Origin: Stylophora pistillata
Lineage: Eukaryota
DNA length: 64,000 nucleotides
Assembly (NCBI RefSeq): GCF_002571385.2
Contig: NW_019217914.1
Span: 132,552-196,551, forward strand
Direction: 5' to 3'
The notes beneath the pieces were generated by a model. It had not been told where the DNA came from, made no database searches, and saw only the letters and a program-made list of their open reading frames with translations. The position numbers and the translations under genes are program-made. Of this stretch, positions 24,401-46,873 are shown piece after piece; the first letter of the stretch is position 1; every line of letters begins with the position of its first letter.

Positions 24401-26331
24401 ACAGGAAGGAAATTATCTTGATTCAATTAATTTGTATAGCAAGATGACATGATAAATTTGAATGGTAATTTCACCCTGATAGAATCATTTACCAAGTCTT
24501 AACTTTCAGTAACACACCTGGAGAAGATCCAAGGGCTTGACATTTTGCCAAAATGGCTAGAAGAAATTCATTATGGAAATGAACTACAAAAGAGGAAAGA
24601 AAGAAAGAATAATGATTGATATGCTCAACACAGATTCATGCCATGAAGTTCTTTTTCCCCCATTTGCTGAATTTTCAGAGACCATATCAATTCAGGTTGG
24701 GTATAACACGTGATACATTCCCCACAATTTTTTCCATGTAATAGAATTACATGATTAACCTAATGACGTCCAGTGCGCCCGTATGCGCCATGGAGACCCA
24801 CACCCTTTCTACGCCTTGTGACGTCATCACTTTTAACCCTGGAGCACGACTTTGAGCACGTACTTGAACAGGTTGAAAATATCTTACAAACGATACCAGA
24901 ATGAGCGCAATTGAGTGAAGGAGATTGGAGAAATAGCCAAAAAACCATGTTACTTTGACCTGAAAATCTGCACAAAAATCTTGTTCCATTACCCACCTAC
25001 CTTTCTGAGCATGTGGTTTGAAAATAATGAGTAGTTTCTGAAAAATCTCTACACCACAATGAAGCCTACTAAATTTCCAGCAAGTGAGGAGAAACTTCAG
25101 GCAAGGAGAGGGGAAAAAAAGGGCAGGAGAAAGAGAGAAAAGTAAAAGTCGTAAGTGGGGCATTACTTTTCAACCCAAACACTGTCGAAATTTTGCTTTC
25201 TGTGCGTGCCCGAGATTTTCAGGCCACCATTTTGCATTTGGATCGAAAGGCCGTCGAGTGTATGAGCTGTCAAGGGGTTTTTGGTAAGTTTGAGCTTTTA
25301 AAACCACAACAGTGACCCAAAATCTGCTCGACTAGCTTCAAAACACAGTTTTCCACAAAAGCTGCGGCCATTAATGGGTTAAAGAGTTAAATATTCTAAA
25401 GTATTTAGAACATGGAAAAACACTGCAAAGAATTCATTAAAACAATTTCTCAGAAGTGACACTAATTCGATTTGGTTTGAAACAGTACTTTCATGAAACT
25501 GGCAAGGACATGATCTTAATTATTTATTAAGTATCACATCATTGACTTACGATTATCATTTCCAAGACATTTCTTTGCTTGTGCATCAAAATCCTCTTTG
25601 GAAATCTGTGTAAAACAAAATCACAGTAGGAAAACATCATTTAATATGTGATAATCAAAAAGAGATTATTTATCGTTTACACCAGGTTGTCAGGTGTCAA
25701 GAATAATGTAGCAGTCACAGTGAGTCCGAGGAGATTCAGAGGGGAGGGGGGTCAATGAATCTGGGTTTAAGGAGGGGAGCTGATAGTAGGATCTTTCCTC
25801 TCTACCCTCTGACGTATATCATAAAAAGTCCTCATAAAAAAGCAAATTTCTCTCTTCGATGGGGTCAGGTTAATCGCCTTGTCATGAATATTTCGTCCTC
25901 ATATCCTTTTTAACCTGATTTGCGTTCTAAATTGACAAGGGGTGAGCATAATTAATAAAACTTCACGTTTTACGCGACTAGCCAACGGTTCGCCATCACT
26001 GTCTTCATTCGCAAAGCTGAGAAAAAGTGAAAAATAGAAAAACGTTTTAATTCAGTGATAGACCTTGTGGCTTTCTGTCAGAGGATAATATTGCCACTCT
26101 TGACAGCCACACAACATGAGAGGGTAGATGTGAAAGTTCAAAGCTACTTGCCTTTTGTTTATACCAAAGCTTCATGTTGTTCCAGTACCTTGGAGAAATA
26201 GGAATAGGGCATAAGAAGTTTTATTTATTGTTTAGTTTCAAGAGTTACAGAAAAAATTTTTCTTACGTTTGAGAGTAGTCCCCAAGAGCCTCTGAAAGTT
26301 GTCGGCGTGCTACGCTCAAATCCAACGCCAT
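18478..26331 (-). CDS. TADA1: Transcriptional adapter 1 (SAGA complex subunit ADA1)
   Basis: Exons 26267-26331, 26152-26188 (GC donor), 25551-25605, 24518-24583, 24293-24393, 24043-24096, 23790-23817, 22671-22825, 21581-21729, [21495-21517 optional], 19137-19288 (or -19296), 18478-18648, with consistent phases. Motifs LSEALGD..YWNNMKLWYKQKISKEDFD, HNEFLLAILAKCQ, LCSYDMMLP, KDILT..FRLRDGHFRY, DALQVHRRVIPSHTVYSANIER. Confidence 0.95.
20479..20919 (-). CDS. Intronless 146-aa coiled-coil protein with a C-terminal hydrophobic tail, nested in a TADA1 intron
   Basis: aaaaATGGC start, MASTLRNLSGKQ... Charged heptad-like body and C-terminal ISCALVFDAVAAYGLFKLTQPYF. AATAAA at 20136-20141 (minus). CpG-rich upstream region 21000-21130. 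Confidence 0.6.
   Translation of the reverse strand: MASTLRNLSGKQGRLVDKCEREFFELKQHAEKYFQDLESVEEICQRAKQDVERIQLKAQAKKEIAKRDAVFQANFHSAVQEMTDKLKRMEIREEASPQYEKMPESARNAERSTLTGRVFRCVKISCALVFDAVAAYGLFKLTQPYF
24755..25382. mobile_element. ~620-bp non-autonomous piggyBac-like element
   Basis: TTAA at both ends (24755-24758, 25379-25382), ends ccta/atga...taatggg. Near-identical copy at 56732-57337. Confidence 0.88.
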
Positions 26332-26905
26332 CTTTGTTCCTGTCGAAGTAAATTTGATTGTGAAACCGCTGAGTATGTATGACTCAAGAAAAGGAAATGT
26401 CTAAAAATCATGGAGATCAAGAAAATTACTACTGATGAAAAATGATAGCACTGCTTAATCCGAAGAAATCGTAACTTCCTGGCATAATTAACGATTTTCA
26501 TTAAATTTTTCCACAAAACAGCTCATCCGCCAACTTACCAGAGGTCTGAGAGATGTTCTTAGATACGAACTTCGTCTAAGGAAGAGAGCAGGAACGAGGA
26601 AATTTCCCGCATTACGATAAGTCGTAAACAGACAAACAACAGAAACAATTTTACAGCAGCAACAACGATAGCAGCTACAGCAACATGGGTAATTAAGACA
26701 TTCCTGTCAACGCTGAATATTGAACAGTATGAAAAAAGAGCATGCTAAAACGTCTAAATATAAATTCCTTGGTATCGCAGCACCTAGATATCACGGTATT
26801 AAAACTGTGATATTTTCATTTCTGCATCTTTTCCAAACCAGTCACAGAGCTCTGAAGAGCCTTGTTTGATCGTTTGTTTCATTTTGTTTTGTTTTTTGTT
26901 TTTTG

Positions 26906-26936
<31 letters not shown>

Positions 26937-27137
26937 TTTTTTTTGAGGCGCTGATTTGTTTACTTTTTGGTACTTCACATTGCGTGACATACAGTTCCTT
27001 CTAGAATTGGTAAGTGACGTGCATTACTGAAAATCCAAGTTGACATACTCTCGTATCGTGTTTCCATTTCGTTTTAGACGGCTTTCGATGTTGGCCACCG
27101 ATACAGTTTTAGCTAATTCTCGTGTTTAACAGCAGTG

Positions 27138-30100
27138 ATGTTTCGCTTTGGGAGATTTTTTGTCTTTCAAACTGCCTTGTTCTTCATTTCTGATCAATCA
27201 GAGGCAGCAACCAACTCTACACGCTCTACGGGTGAGTAAAAATCCACACACGGTTCAATTGGTTGAATAAGTGTGCGCTTAATCTCAGAAAGCTGGCAGT
27301 TTGATATCAAATACACATGTATTCGAGTGTAAACTTTGAAACGATGAGATCTTTGTTATATTTTTCGCATTGCTTTGATAAGCATTATTGTAACAGAATC
27401 TTCACTCCCGATCCTGTTCTTTACAATCGCCCTTCATCCTTCACGCTTGCCGCAATCAGGAAGCGTTTATCAATTTAGTATGCTCCGAAATGTGAGAAAA
27501 ACGTATTTTACTTCTGTCTTCTTCCCTTGGTGTCAAGTCACCACGGAGAGCGATAATTGAATTAAGAGTTTCTGGAGTAGTTTTTCGGGGTTGTTTCCGC
27601 ACGGTAATTCGTAAACTTTGTTTGCTTTTTCCACCCCTCCATAGACTGAAGTTCCTTAAACCCTCGGAGGAAATTCGGCGTTGTCATGGCAAAAGATTGT
27701 ACTAAAATTCTTTCGAGATGATCGCTTTACGTATTTACCCATTCCGGTTTATCAAAGTCGGTCTCGAACATGTAAGTTATTCGATACACAGTAGTTTACG
27801 TTCACCAACCAAAGTAACTTGAATTAGTATGTGTTCATAATACAACGGGATAACTGCTACCGACAGAGAAGTGCACACCAGATTATTTGTGGATCTTGAA
27901 CTCGGAGAATCATTTCTTTATACAAATTAAAGATATTCAGGGAGATGTTCTTGTAGAAAACTGCATTAAATGTAGCAAGGTGATATGTCTTAGAAACCCA
28001 TTGTCACAAGTGCATTGCTATTCACAGAGTAAATAAACTTCTGGTAGTTGTAACAATTCCCCGATTCAGCTGTAGCTAGCTCTCACTTGTGGTACATAAA
28101 AAAAGGAGACAAACGAAAATGTGGAACATATCTGCAAAACTCCGTAATTTTAAACTTGTTTGATTCAGCGGAGGTAGGTTATTAAACCAGAGAATTACAC
28201 GTAGGCGATATTTCTAATGTTATACCAAATATCTATGGATAGGACCAATATTTACCCTAGAAGTGACGGACAGGCAACTTAGCTCCGGGTAATTAATATT
28301 AACCCGAGATATGCCAAAGTCTTTCGTTGATTTTATTATGGTTATTGAAGAGGCTAAGCTTTTAAACAGTAATAATTGTCTCTATTGTCCAAGAAAATGA
28401 ACCAGCATTATATCTGTTAAAAAAAAAGGGGTTTTTTGTGATCCATCTGTAGTCCACCTAAGCTCAAATAAAACTATTTATTTTCCAACATGGTGTTTTA
28501 GAAACATAAGTTTAAGAAGAGAATCTCTTGGTTTCAGTAAAAGCATTTAAAATGTGTTTCATATGTTTGCTTTTTCAACAGCGCTATATTCCACAGTATC
28601 AGTAGTGGTACCCATAGCCACTTCATCAGGTACACAATTCTTCTTTGTTCAAATGCAAGAAAAATTAAACTTCAGTCGTATGGCATAGGATAGCAACCAA
28701 CAAATAAGATGTTTCTAGCTCAAGGAGTCAGAGATAGTGACAGCCTACTAAACTGTTTCCCACCTCTGGTCAGTTTCTGTAATAGGAGATGAATATAATT
28801 ATCGCTAGAGAGAGGTGGATTCGTTTTTTTCTCTATTTACAGTTGCCTTAATTAGCATAACACCGTCTTCGACATTTTCCGCAACCACAACGTCCGCGCG
28901 ACCTGTGACCAACGCAACCACAGCACAACCAACTGTGACCAACGCAACCACAGCACAACCAACTGTGACCAACCCTACCACAGCACAGCCACCAGCTGGG
29001 GGAGAACAAGAGGCAGTGGTGTTATATGTATCGGATCTGACATCAGCTAAGGTCAGCGGTGAATTAACTGTCATAGAAAAAAAAGGGAGAACTAAAAATA
29101 TCACACAATTTTTTGCCTTGTTATTAACTTTCTTCAGAGTAAATTTCGACTGTCGTTAAATTAAAACCAATGGTATCGTAACCGCCAATCAGAACAACAG
29201 AAACATCGTGACGCCAAATCCATTCTGGGATTCGATGCATTCATTTCATTTCATTTCATTTCAACCCAAAAAATGGCTTCTTGTGGTAAAATCATACTGG
29301 TGAACTCGTATCCCCCAGCTTTTAAGAGTGACTAGTAGTAGTATACACCGTCCGTTTGATCCCATTGTTCGACGCTATCTTGGATCCCATTGTTTTCTCT
29401 CACTCGGCCCGGACCGCGCAGTGATTTCCAAACGGACGGTGTATATCACCCCTGCTGAATCAAACAGTAGGGTCACAAGAATAAAGAATATGTCGCTAAC
29501 TAAAGAAGCTCTTGATTGTTAAACAAATTCTCCTCGTCAGCACCTTTGGAAATGTATGGAGAACATTTTATTAAAGTTTACAGACACCTGTAAATGGTTT
29601 AGATTGACATTGCGTTCTTGTAGTTCGAAGAAAGAAGAGATCATTTTACTGCTACTGTGGAGAAAGTTGTGGAAAGCTACTGCTCGAATTCATCGCAAAA
29701 ATGTGACGAATCAAGTCGAAAGAGGTAAGAGGATGATTAAGTCTTAACTTTCGGTTCAGTTGGATACTTTCACTGCATTCCAACAGTATAACCTCGTTCC
29801 CAGGGCTTTTCCCTTTTTGAATATTTTGGCGGCCCGCCAATTGTATTCAAAAAGGGAAAAGCCCTGGGAACGAGGTTGCCAACAGTAGTTATACACCTCT
29901 GACTAGCTGGCGTTTTTGTGCACGGCCCGATAACCTTGCTGTGTTATTAGGGTGCGGATAACTGATCAGTATTCAAAGTTGCGCCTCGAAACCTGAATAA
30001 GATCGTTAGCAATTTGCCTTAGACAAGTTGGCATGAATCTGGAAAACTAGACGACTGCGCACCAGCAACAACAGACTTGATTAGCGTATTTCTTCCATTC

Positions 30101-31552
30101 AAGTTAGAATTTGTGTGCAAACTCAGTACCAAGTTCACCTGGTCGTATGCGAGTTAACCAAGAAGATGAACTAGTTGACCAGCTAGGGGCAACCATAAGT
30201 AAGTTGACTGAGGATGCAGGCAAATTTATGCGTAGGTGAGGTGACCGAATACTACTTCGTTTGTTGAAAAGTGAGAATTTTGTTAGTTTCTCTCATGTCG
30301 CTTTTTGTCTTCTGATTTAACTGCTTTCTGATTTAACTGATTTCTGATTTAACTGCCAGGCGACAAACAAGTGCTTATCAAGTGTACATAGTTCCTGGAT
30401 TTCCAAAGCAGGACCCACACGGTTCTGGAGACCTTCTTGTGGGGTTTTTCGTCTCAATAGGAGAAAACAAATTTTTATCGAAGAATGTGTTGTTTGCCAT
30501 CGTCCAAGAGCCTGAGTATAGAAATAACCTCAGCACCGCGTTAGGATATCAAATCACTGGTGTGGCCCGGCTTCATTATGACTTCATCACGCCAACAGAA
30601 TTTTCTGGGACATCTGGCAAGACAATGCTATTGTATTTGTATTTTGCTGGGTTTGCTGGTGCCGTACTCTTAGCGGGTCTGTGCATAGGCGTCACATGCT
30701 GGTGAGATATTACTTTTTGTTTATTTTTACTTTAAGCGATGCATTCCCTTATCCTAAACATTTTCAAGACTCATGATCACATGCATGGTTCTCGTCCTAA
30801 CCAGACACAAACTGGGGTCAGTCATACAAGACCCACCTCATACAGGAGCGCTTTTAACAGGGGTGGTTCCCAAGGATATTATCCCGGACATTCCCCTGGG
30901 CCGGTCTCCCTGAGTGGCAAGTGGCCAAGCTGTTAAACAAAACAAAATGCAAGACTCAAACACATTTGAAAACATTAGATAAGAATTTTCTTTGGAATCT
31001 TAAAATGCCTTCGCTATCATAATGTCATGTATACTTTTCAAATGACATGGGTAAATCACGGATTGTAAATGTATGGACTTGAGCAGGACAAACCCTGAAG
31101 GAGGAAGAGGGGTGGGCTCTAGCCTCATTTACAGTCGTTCTTTCGGCTGTCACCGGTACAACAATCTTGAGAAAGATTTGCGTGGCATACCAAAAAAGTG
31201 TTTCTGAAGTAGACTACGACGGCTCTCGCTATATTGCTCTCTATCAGCAGAGGTGTAACCAGCCTATAGTCCTGTAGGCTCGGGCCTACAATTTTTTTTT
31301 CTCCGCCCGCTTGACTTTAATAACAACTCTTGCAAATTTTAGAACAAAAATTTAACTCAACTTAGTAGGGTACAGGCCTGCAACAAATCGAAAAGCTGGC
31401 TACGCCCCTGATCAGTACCGGAGGTTATTATGCTCAGATGTAACAATTTAACCTTCGTAATCATAAATTTTCCTAGGTATGGCCGCAAAAAAGAGAAAGA
31501 CGATGAAGTTCGACCTTTGACCACAAGTAACTTGCACCTCGTCGATAAATGA
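27138..31552 (+). CDS. Type-I membrane mucin-like glycoprotein, ~289 aa
   Basis: Exons 27138-27231, 28582-28629, 28843-29051, 29624-29724, 30360-30701 and 31477-31552 (870 nt, GT-AG, phases consistent). Signal-peptide-like N-terminus, Thr-rich repeats, a two-Cys globular segment containing RKRR, a TM helix LLYLYFAGFAGAVLLAGLCIGVTCW, a basic stop-transfer segment and a short tail. Confidence 0.8.
28903..28990 (+). repeat. Coding 30-bp tandem repeat (PTVTNATTAQ) x~3
   Basis: ctgtgaccaacgcaaccacagcacaaccaa repeated in the third exon. Confidence 0.9.
29789..29878. mobile_element. 90-bp hairpin MITE with a 9-bp target-site duplication
   Basis: TIR aacctcgttcccagggcttttccctttttgaata / tattcaaaaagggaaaagccctgggaacgaggtt. 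TSD ccaacagta at 29780-29788 and 29879-29887. Confidence 0.9.
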
Positions 31553-32997
31553 TAAGAGCTGCAAAAACGCCATGCCATGGTGTCGAAGAAGTCATTACGT
31601 GTGCAAAGTTAGTGGCCATGTCACCAAAACGTTTTTGATTCTAGTGTTCATTTGTAAATAAACTTTCCAGTTTTTATTTGTATCTGTAAATAACTCGCTT
31701 CAAATGGCAGATTCCAAGATAAAGCCTTTTACAAACAAACAAACAATTCCCAAGGTTCTACTGGAATTAGCAAGATCCAGTTAAAACTTAGTCAGGTTTT
31801 TAAGCAGGCGAATTAATTGGGTGCAAAAAGTAATTTCTTTAATCGAGTATCCGCTTGAAAGTTACGACTGACTTTGCGATATTTTGAGAATTCTTTTGCG
31901 CGGAGCAAAGCTTCCAAAAGTACAGGAAAACACCAAAGAGGCAGTTGTAAACTAAGAGAACGCAAGGATGGCTTAGGATGGAGAGGATTAAAGCGGATTA
32001 TAAGTATTAAATATTAACAATAAAGGCTGAAGTTTTCAAGGCCTCGCTAATCATGCCTCCGCTTCTAACAACCAGAATTCCGAACCGTTCCATGTGCCGC
32101 AATTTCTTTGAACTCAATAGGTTAGATGAAGATTTTTGTGAAAGAGTATTGCTACAACCTACCTTACCTTCACAATTTTATAGTTGATATGTTAGTTTTC
32201 TAAATAAAATTATCGCTGACTTGCGGAAATGTTCAATTAACTTAAGTCTTTTAGAATCGCCTGGGTTTGTTAGTCTGTCATATACTTGTAGAAGTAGTTT
32301 AGGGAAGTCTATTTAAGTTTTTTTTGTTGTTGTGCAATTACATGAAATTGTATTTGTATATTTTTTGTATTTACACCATTGTGTTCCACACAGCGCAGTT
32401 CTAGAGTATTAGTTCACCTTTGCGCTAGTAGTTGTCGTCCAGGTTTCGTCACTTAACGAGGTCAAAGCTCTGAATGTTTTTTAAACCAATAATCCAGGTC
32501 AGCATAAATTTATTACAGTGAAAACACGCAATAATATTCACAGTGATGACAGTAACTAATCAGTGGTGCTTTTATAGCGGTGAAAAAAGAAGAAAACCTT
32601 TCTCAGACATTTAACTCCCTCGTTTTTACAAAGAGTTATCCTGCCTTTTAAAGGAATAGGCAACGAAAAGGAGAAATGTAACTCCACCTAGTCAGAATTC
32701 TAATCAATCGTAGGCAAAATCCTCGCCAATTCATTGAATTTCCAGAACAGTCTGCCGGTAATCAATTTACTGACACTCCTGAGAGCACGGAGGAGTTGTT
32801 AGTAATAGTGAAATGCGTTGCCTGGGAACGTAACACAGTCACCTGGCCTTGATTCGAACCCAGTGCGCGACCTACTACGCCCCCAGTATGCCTCTTATTT
32901 ATACTCGCTAACTCAGTGCTTTAAGCTGCTTACTGTGCCTATAATAGCATGAATAAATTAGCGAAGGAATGGTTGATCCTTTCTAACAGGGCGCTCC

Positions 32998-34409
32998 CTA
33001 CTTTTCTGAACCTCCCAAATATTTGTTCATGAAGTCAATCATTCGACCAATTGACAGCTTAGCTATGGATTCGTTATAATTACGACTGTGCGGATTGGTG
33101 AAAGCATGGCCGGCTTCGTATTCATAGAACTCGTAATTAACGCCTCCCGCGTCCAGTTGTTGCCTGAGCTTGGTGTATTCTATAATGTTGGTTGTGTTTG
33201 ATACGTCTAATTTTCCGAAGTGGCACTGCACCGGTATTTTAATGGTAGACACGTTGGCGAGCTGAGGATCAGGAATGCCATAAAACGGTGCGGCGGCAGA
33301 GATTTCTGGCACTAGGGCCGCGGCGGCGAGTGACAAGGCACCTCCCATGCAGAAGCCAGTAATGCCAACTTTCTTGCAACCTTGTTTTAGAAGGTACTGT
33401 GCAGCACCCTTAATGTCCTGAACGGCACCTGTGTAATGAATGAGAACGTGATATCAACGTTCGGCCAATGCTGCAAACCCGTTAGGGTTTTGTTACTCAT
33501 CCCCCCACCCGCCCCCCGCCCCCCCTCTCAGATGGTTTCTAGGGGGTTAACAGTTAGCCGTAAAAGGACCAAACATTTAAACGTTAGGCGTAATAAATTG
33601 ACAAATTTTACTCGTTAGTCTTAAAAAAAGTTAACCGTCAAAAGAATTTCCGGTGACAACAATGGAAAGATATTAACTGTTAGCCGTAAATTAGCTTAAA
33701 TTTTAACCGTTGGCCGTAAAAGCCATCACTCTTCTTTCAATGTCAAGTTTTTCGAATAAGATAACGTCAAGTCGTCGAATTTTGCGATACTGCCATCGAC
33801 AAAGGAGACTACAAAATGAAGCAAAATGAGTCAGCGACTCAGAGGAAACTCCTTTGACTGTCACGCGCGAATCTCGCGTGTAATTTACGCAGCTTAGCTG
33901 AGCGACTCTAAAAGGATATTTAAATTGCGCATTTGATGAGTTTCTAAACCAGGTAGTCACTCACGATCATATATGGAAGAAATGGCATGTCCCATCAGTA
34001 AATCGTTACTTTCTAACCCGAAATAAATGCTTTAGTACAAATATGGTGCTCGTTGATTATAAATTAACTTACCAGCATAATTCAAGTTTCTTACTATATG
34101 AATCGCTTCCGTTGGGTTCTCAGTGACTACTCCCCTGTATAAATCAGGTACCACTGTCGTAAAATTGCCCAGACCGGCTATATCTAGCGCTTGCTGTTTG
34201 ATCTGCTCGTTCATGCCCCACCATTCTTGGACGACGATAAGACATTTGTTTGGGTCTCGCATCGCTCCGTTGAGTGATCCAGGGCAGTCACCGACAGGAT
34301 TCTGCGAAGTGAAATTTACGGGTTCTTTCTGCACGTAGGTCGAGTCAAATCTCATGTGCAGGTTGATCAGCACTGTTAGAAACCCTGGGAGCTCTTCCAG
34401 GAGTAACAT
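32998..34409 (-). CDS. Dienelactone hydrolase family (carboxymethylenebutenolidase/Usf-like) alpha/beta hydrolase, ~255 aa
   Basis: Exons 34073-34409 and 32998-33428 (phase 1, GT-AG). Motifs VVQEWWG, VPDLYRG, nucleophile GFCMGG, PFYG, HFGKLD and YEAGHAF. The start may instead be the ATG at 34355. Confidence 0.9.
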
Positions 34410-36249
34410 GTTTACCGTCACTTGCTGCTGTCTTCAGAAAGGTTGATGATCGAGCAATTATGTAACTATTCCTTTCTGCAGTGACTCAGCAAGTTCGTTT
34501 CAGTCACGCTTGATGAACTGTCAGTTGAAGGGCCCCGAGTGCTCATTTGCAAGTTATCAGCGAATATTGTTGTCATCGTCACGCAACCTTTGATGTTTGT
34601 AAACAAACATTCGTCAGATTGAGGCATTCCTCGCTAGATCTCCTTGGGTCGCATTAAAGAAGTTTTTTTAAAACCATCAAACTGATGACAGTCACACTTG
34701 CGGAATTTCACATAACAATTACTTCCGAGTTACTGAGAGAAAATTTGAACAAGGGATTGGCTACTAAGTAGAGATATATGGAATGAGGAATTTGCAATTA
34801 TGACAATAAAGTGATAAGAAGATGAAACAGGTTATTACATTGAATGCAACCATAACAAGCTATAACACAGTCCGCACTAAAGCGATTTTTCATTTTGCTT
34901 GAGGTTAACTTCATTCTAGTTTAAATAGCCCAAGCGAGCGTTTGCTCCCTTCTTTCAAGACATCTGAAGATCAATCATGACTGTAACACTACATATCTAT
35001 GCTAACAATATTGACGTCATTCTCATACTCTCAAAACATGATGGCGGCACAACTGTCAAGCAGTTAGTAAATGTTATTTCCCTTTTAATTATGAAGACTT
35101 TTCTCGCAAATCACTTAACGAGAGAATACAGCCGTGTGTTCCGGTGTACCATATAATAAGTTCATCATAAGCTAAATAGCGATCAAATTACATAATAACT
35201 TCCTTTTAAGATGTGACTACATAAAAACAGCAAGGATAAGTGTGATTTCCTAAACTGAACATTCAAGTGGTTTGCAGAGATATTTGTCATTAATTATAGT
35301 ATTAAAAATTCTGGCAGAAAAGTCAAAACTGAAATCAGGAGATGTGGTCTGGAGTAGACCAGCCAGAGTCAATAATGAGAGATGAGATGAGAAGCAAGAA
35401 AGGGAGGGAAATAAAATGAGAAAACAAGATAGATTGGAGAGGAAAGATGAAGCACAGTTAGATCATAAGGAGAGATGAAATCATACGCCACTTCCAGGAA
35501 ACTTCTGAACTTCACGCATCCGGTAAAATTACTTCACATTAAAAACAACAAATAAATGATTTCGCAGTAACACCCCCAAGCAAGAGATCAGATAGAAAAG
35601 TTTACCTTTCCGGACAAAGCTTAAAATAAGAAATATTTACAACAATATCCTATGACCAAGCATAATCTTATAATATTTTACTCTCATGGAAAGGTTATCG
35701 AAAAAAAGAATACCCTATTAACAGCATGAGCAGTTCCCTAATAAAATTAGCCAGAGTGATCTGCAAGCTTCCTTTTTTCTGCCTTAGCCAATCAGAATTA
35801 AGATGCAATATCGTCAGTCAATCAGGTGACAAAATGAAATCCGATCGAAATTTTTCACAAGGGACATTTCCTGCGCTCACCACATAGCAGTGATAAGTCA
35901 TCCAGTCCCCTAGCTTTTAAAAATCATTCGAAAGGTAATCAGGTTATCCTCGTCAAAAATTAAAATAAACATGTTGATATCAAGCTTTACAACTACTAAC
36001 AATGACGGCATGTCTTCAAACGTAAACCTAATCCATAAAATTAAAATTAAATTTGGCGAAATTATATTAAATCGAATACCCCGTCTTAATGGTTATCAGA
36101 CTTCCTATTCCATCACGGACAGGAAAAACGCTTATATTTTCAAGCTTTTCTCTTCGTCATGGTTTCTTCTCTTTTACTCTCGTATCGCGTTTTCTTCATC
36201 AGTGCTCCCATTCGATATACATTTGCCTCGTATCAGATCGTCGAGTGTG

Positions 36250-46873
<10,624 letters not shown>

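Noticed and set aside
24747-25287. 138-aa and neighbouring ORFs (similar peptide at 56732-56929)
   Set aside because: Chance frames in a non-autonomous TTAA element. The frame is not conserved between copies and there is no transposase motif.
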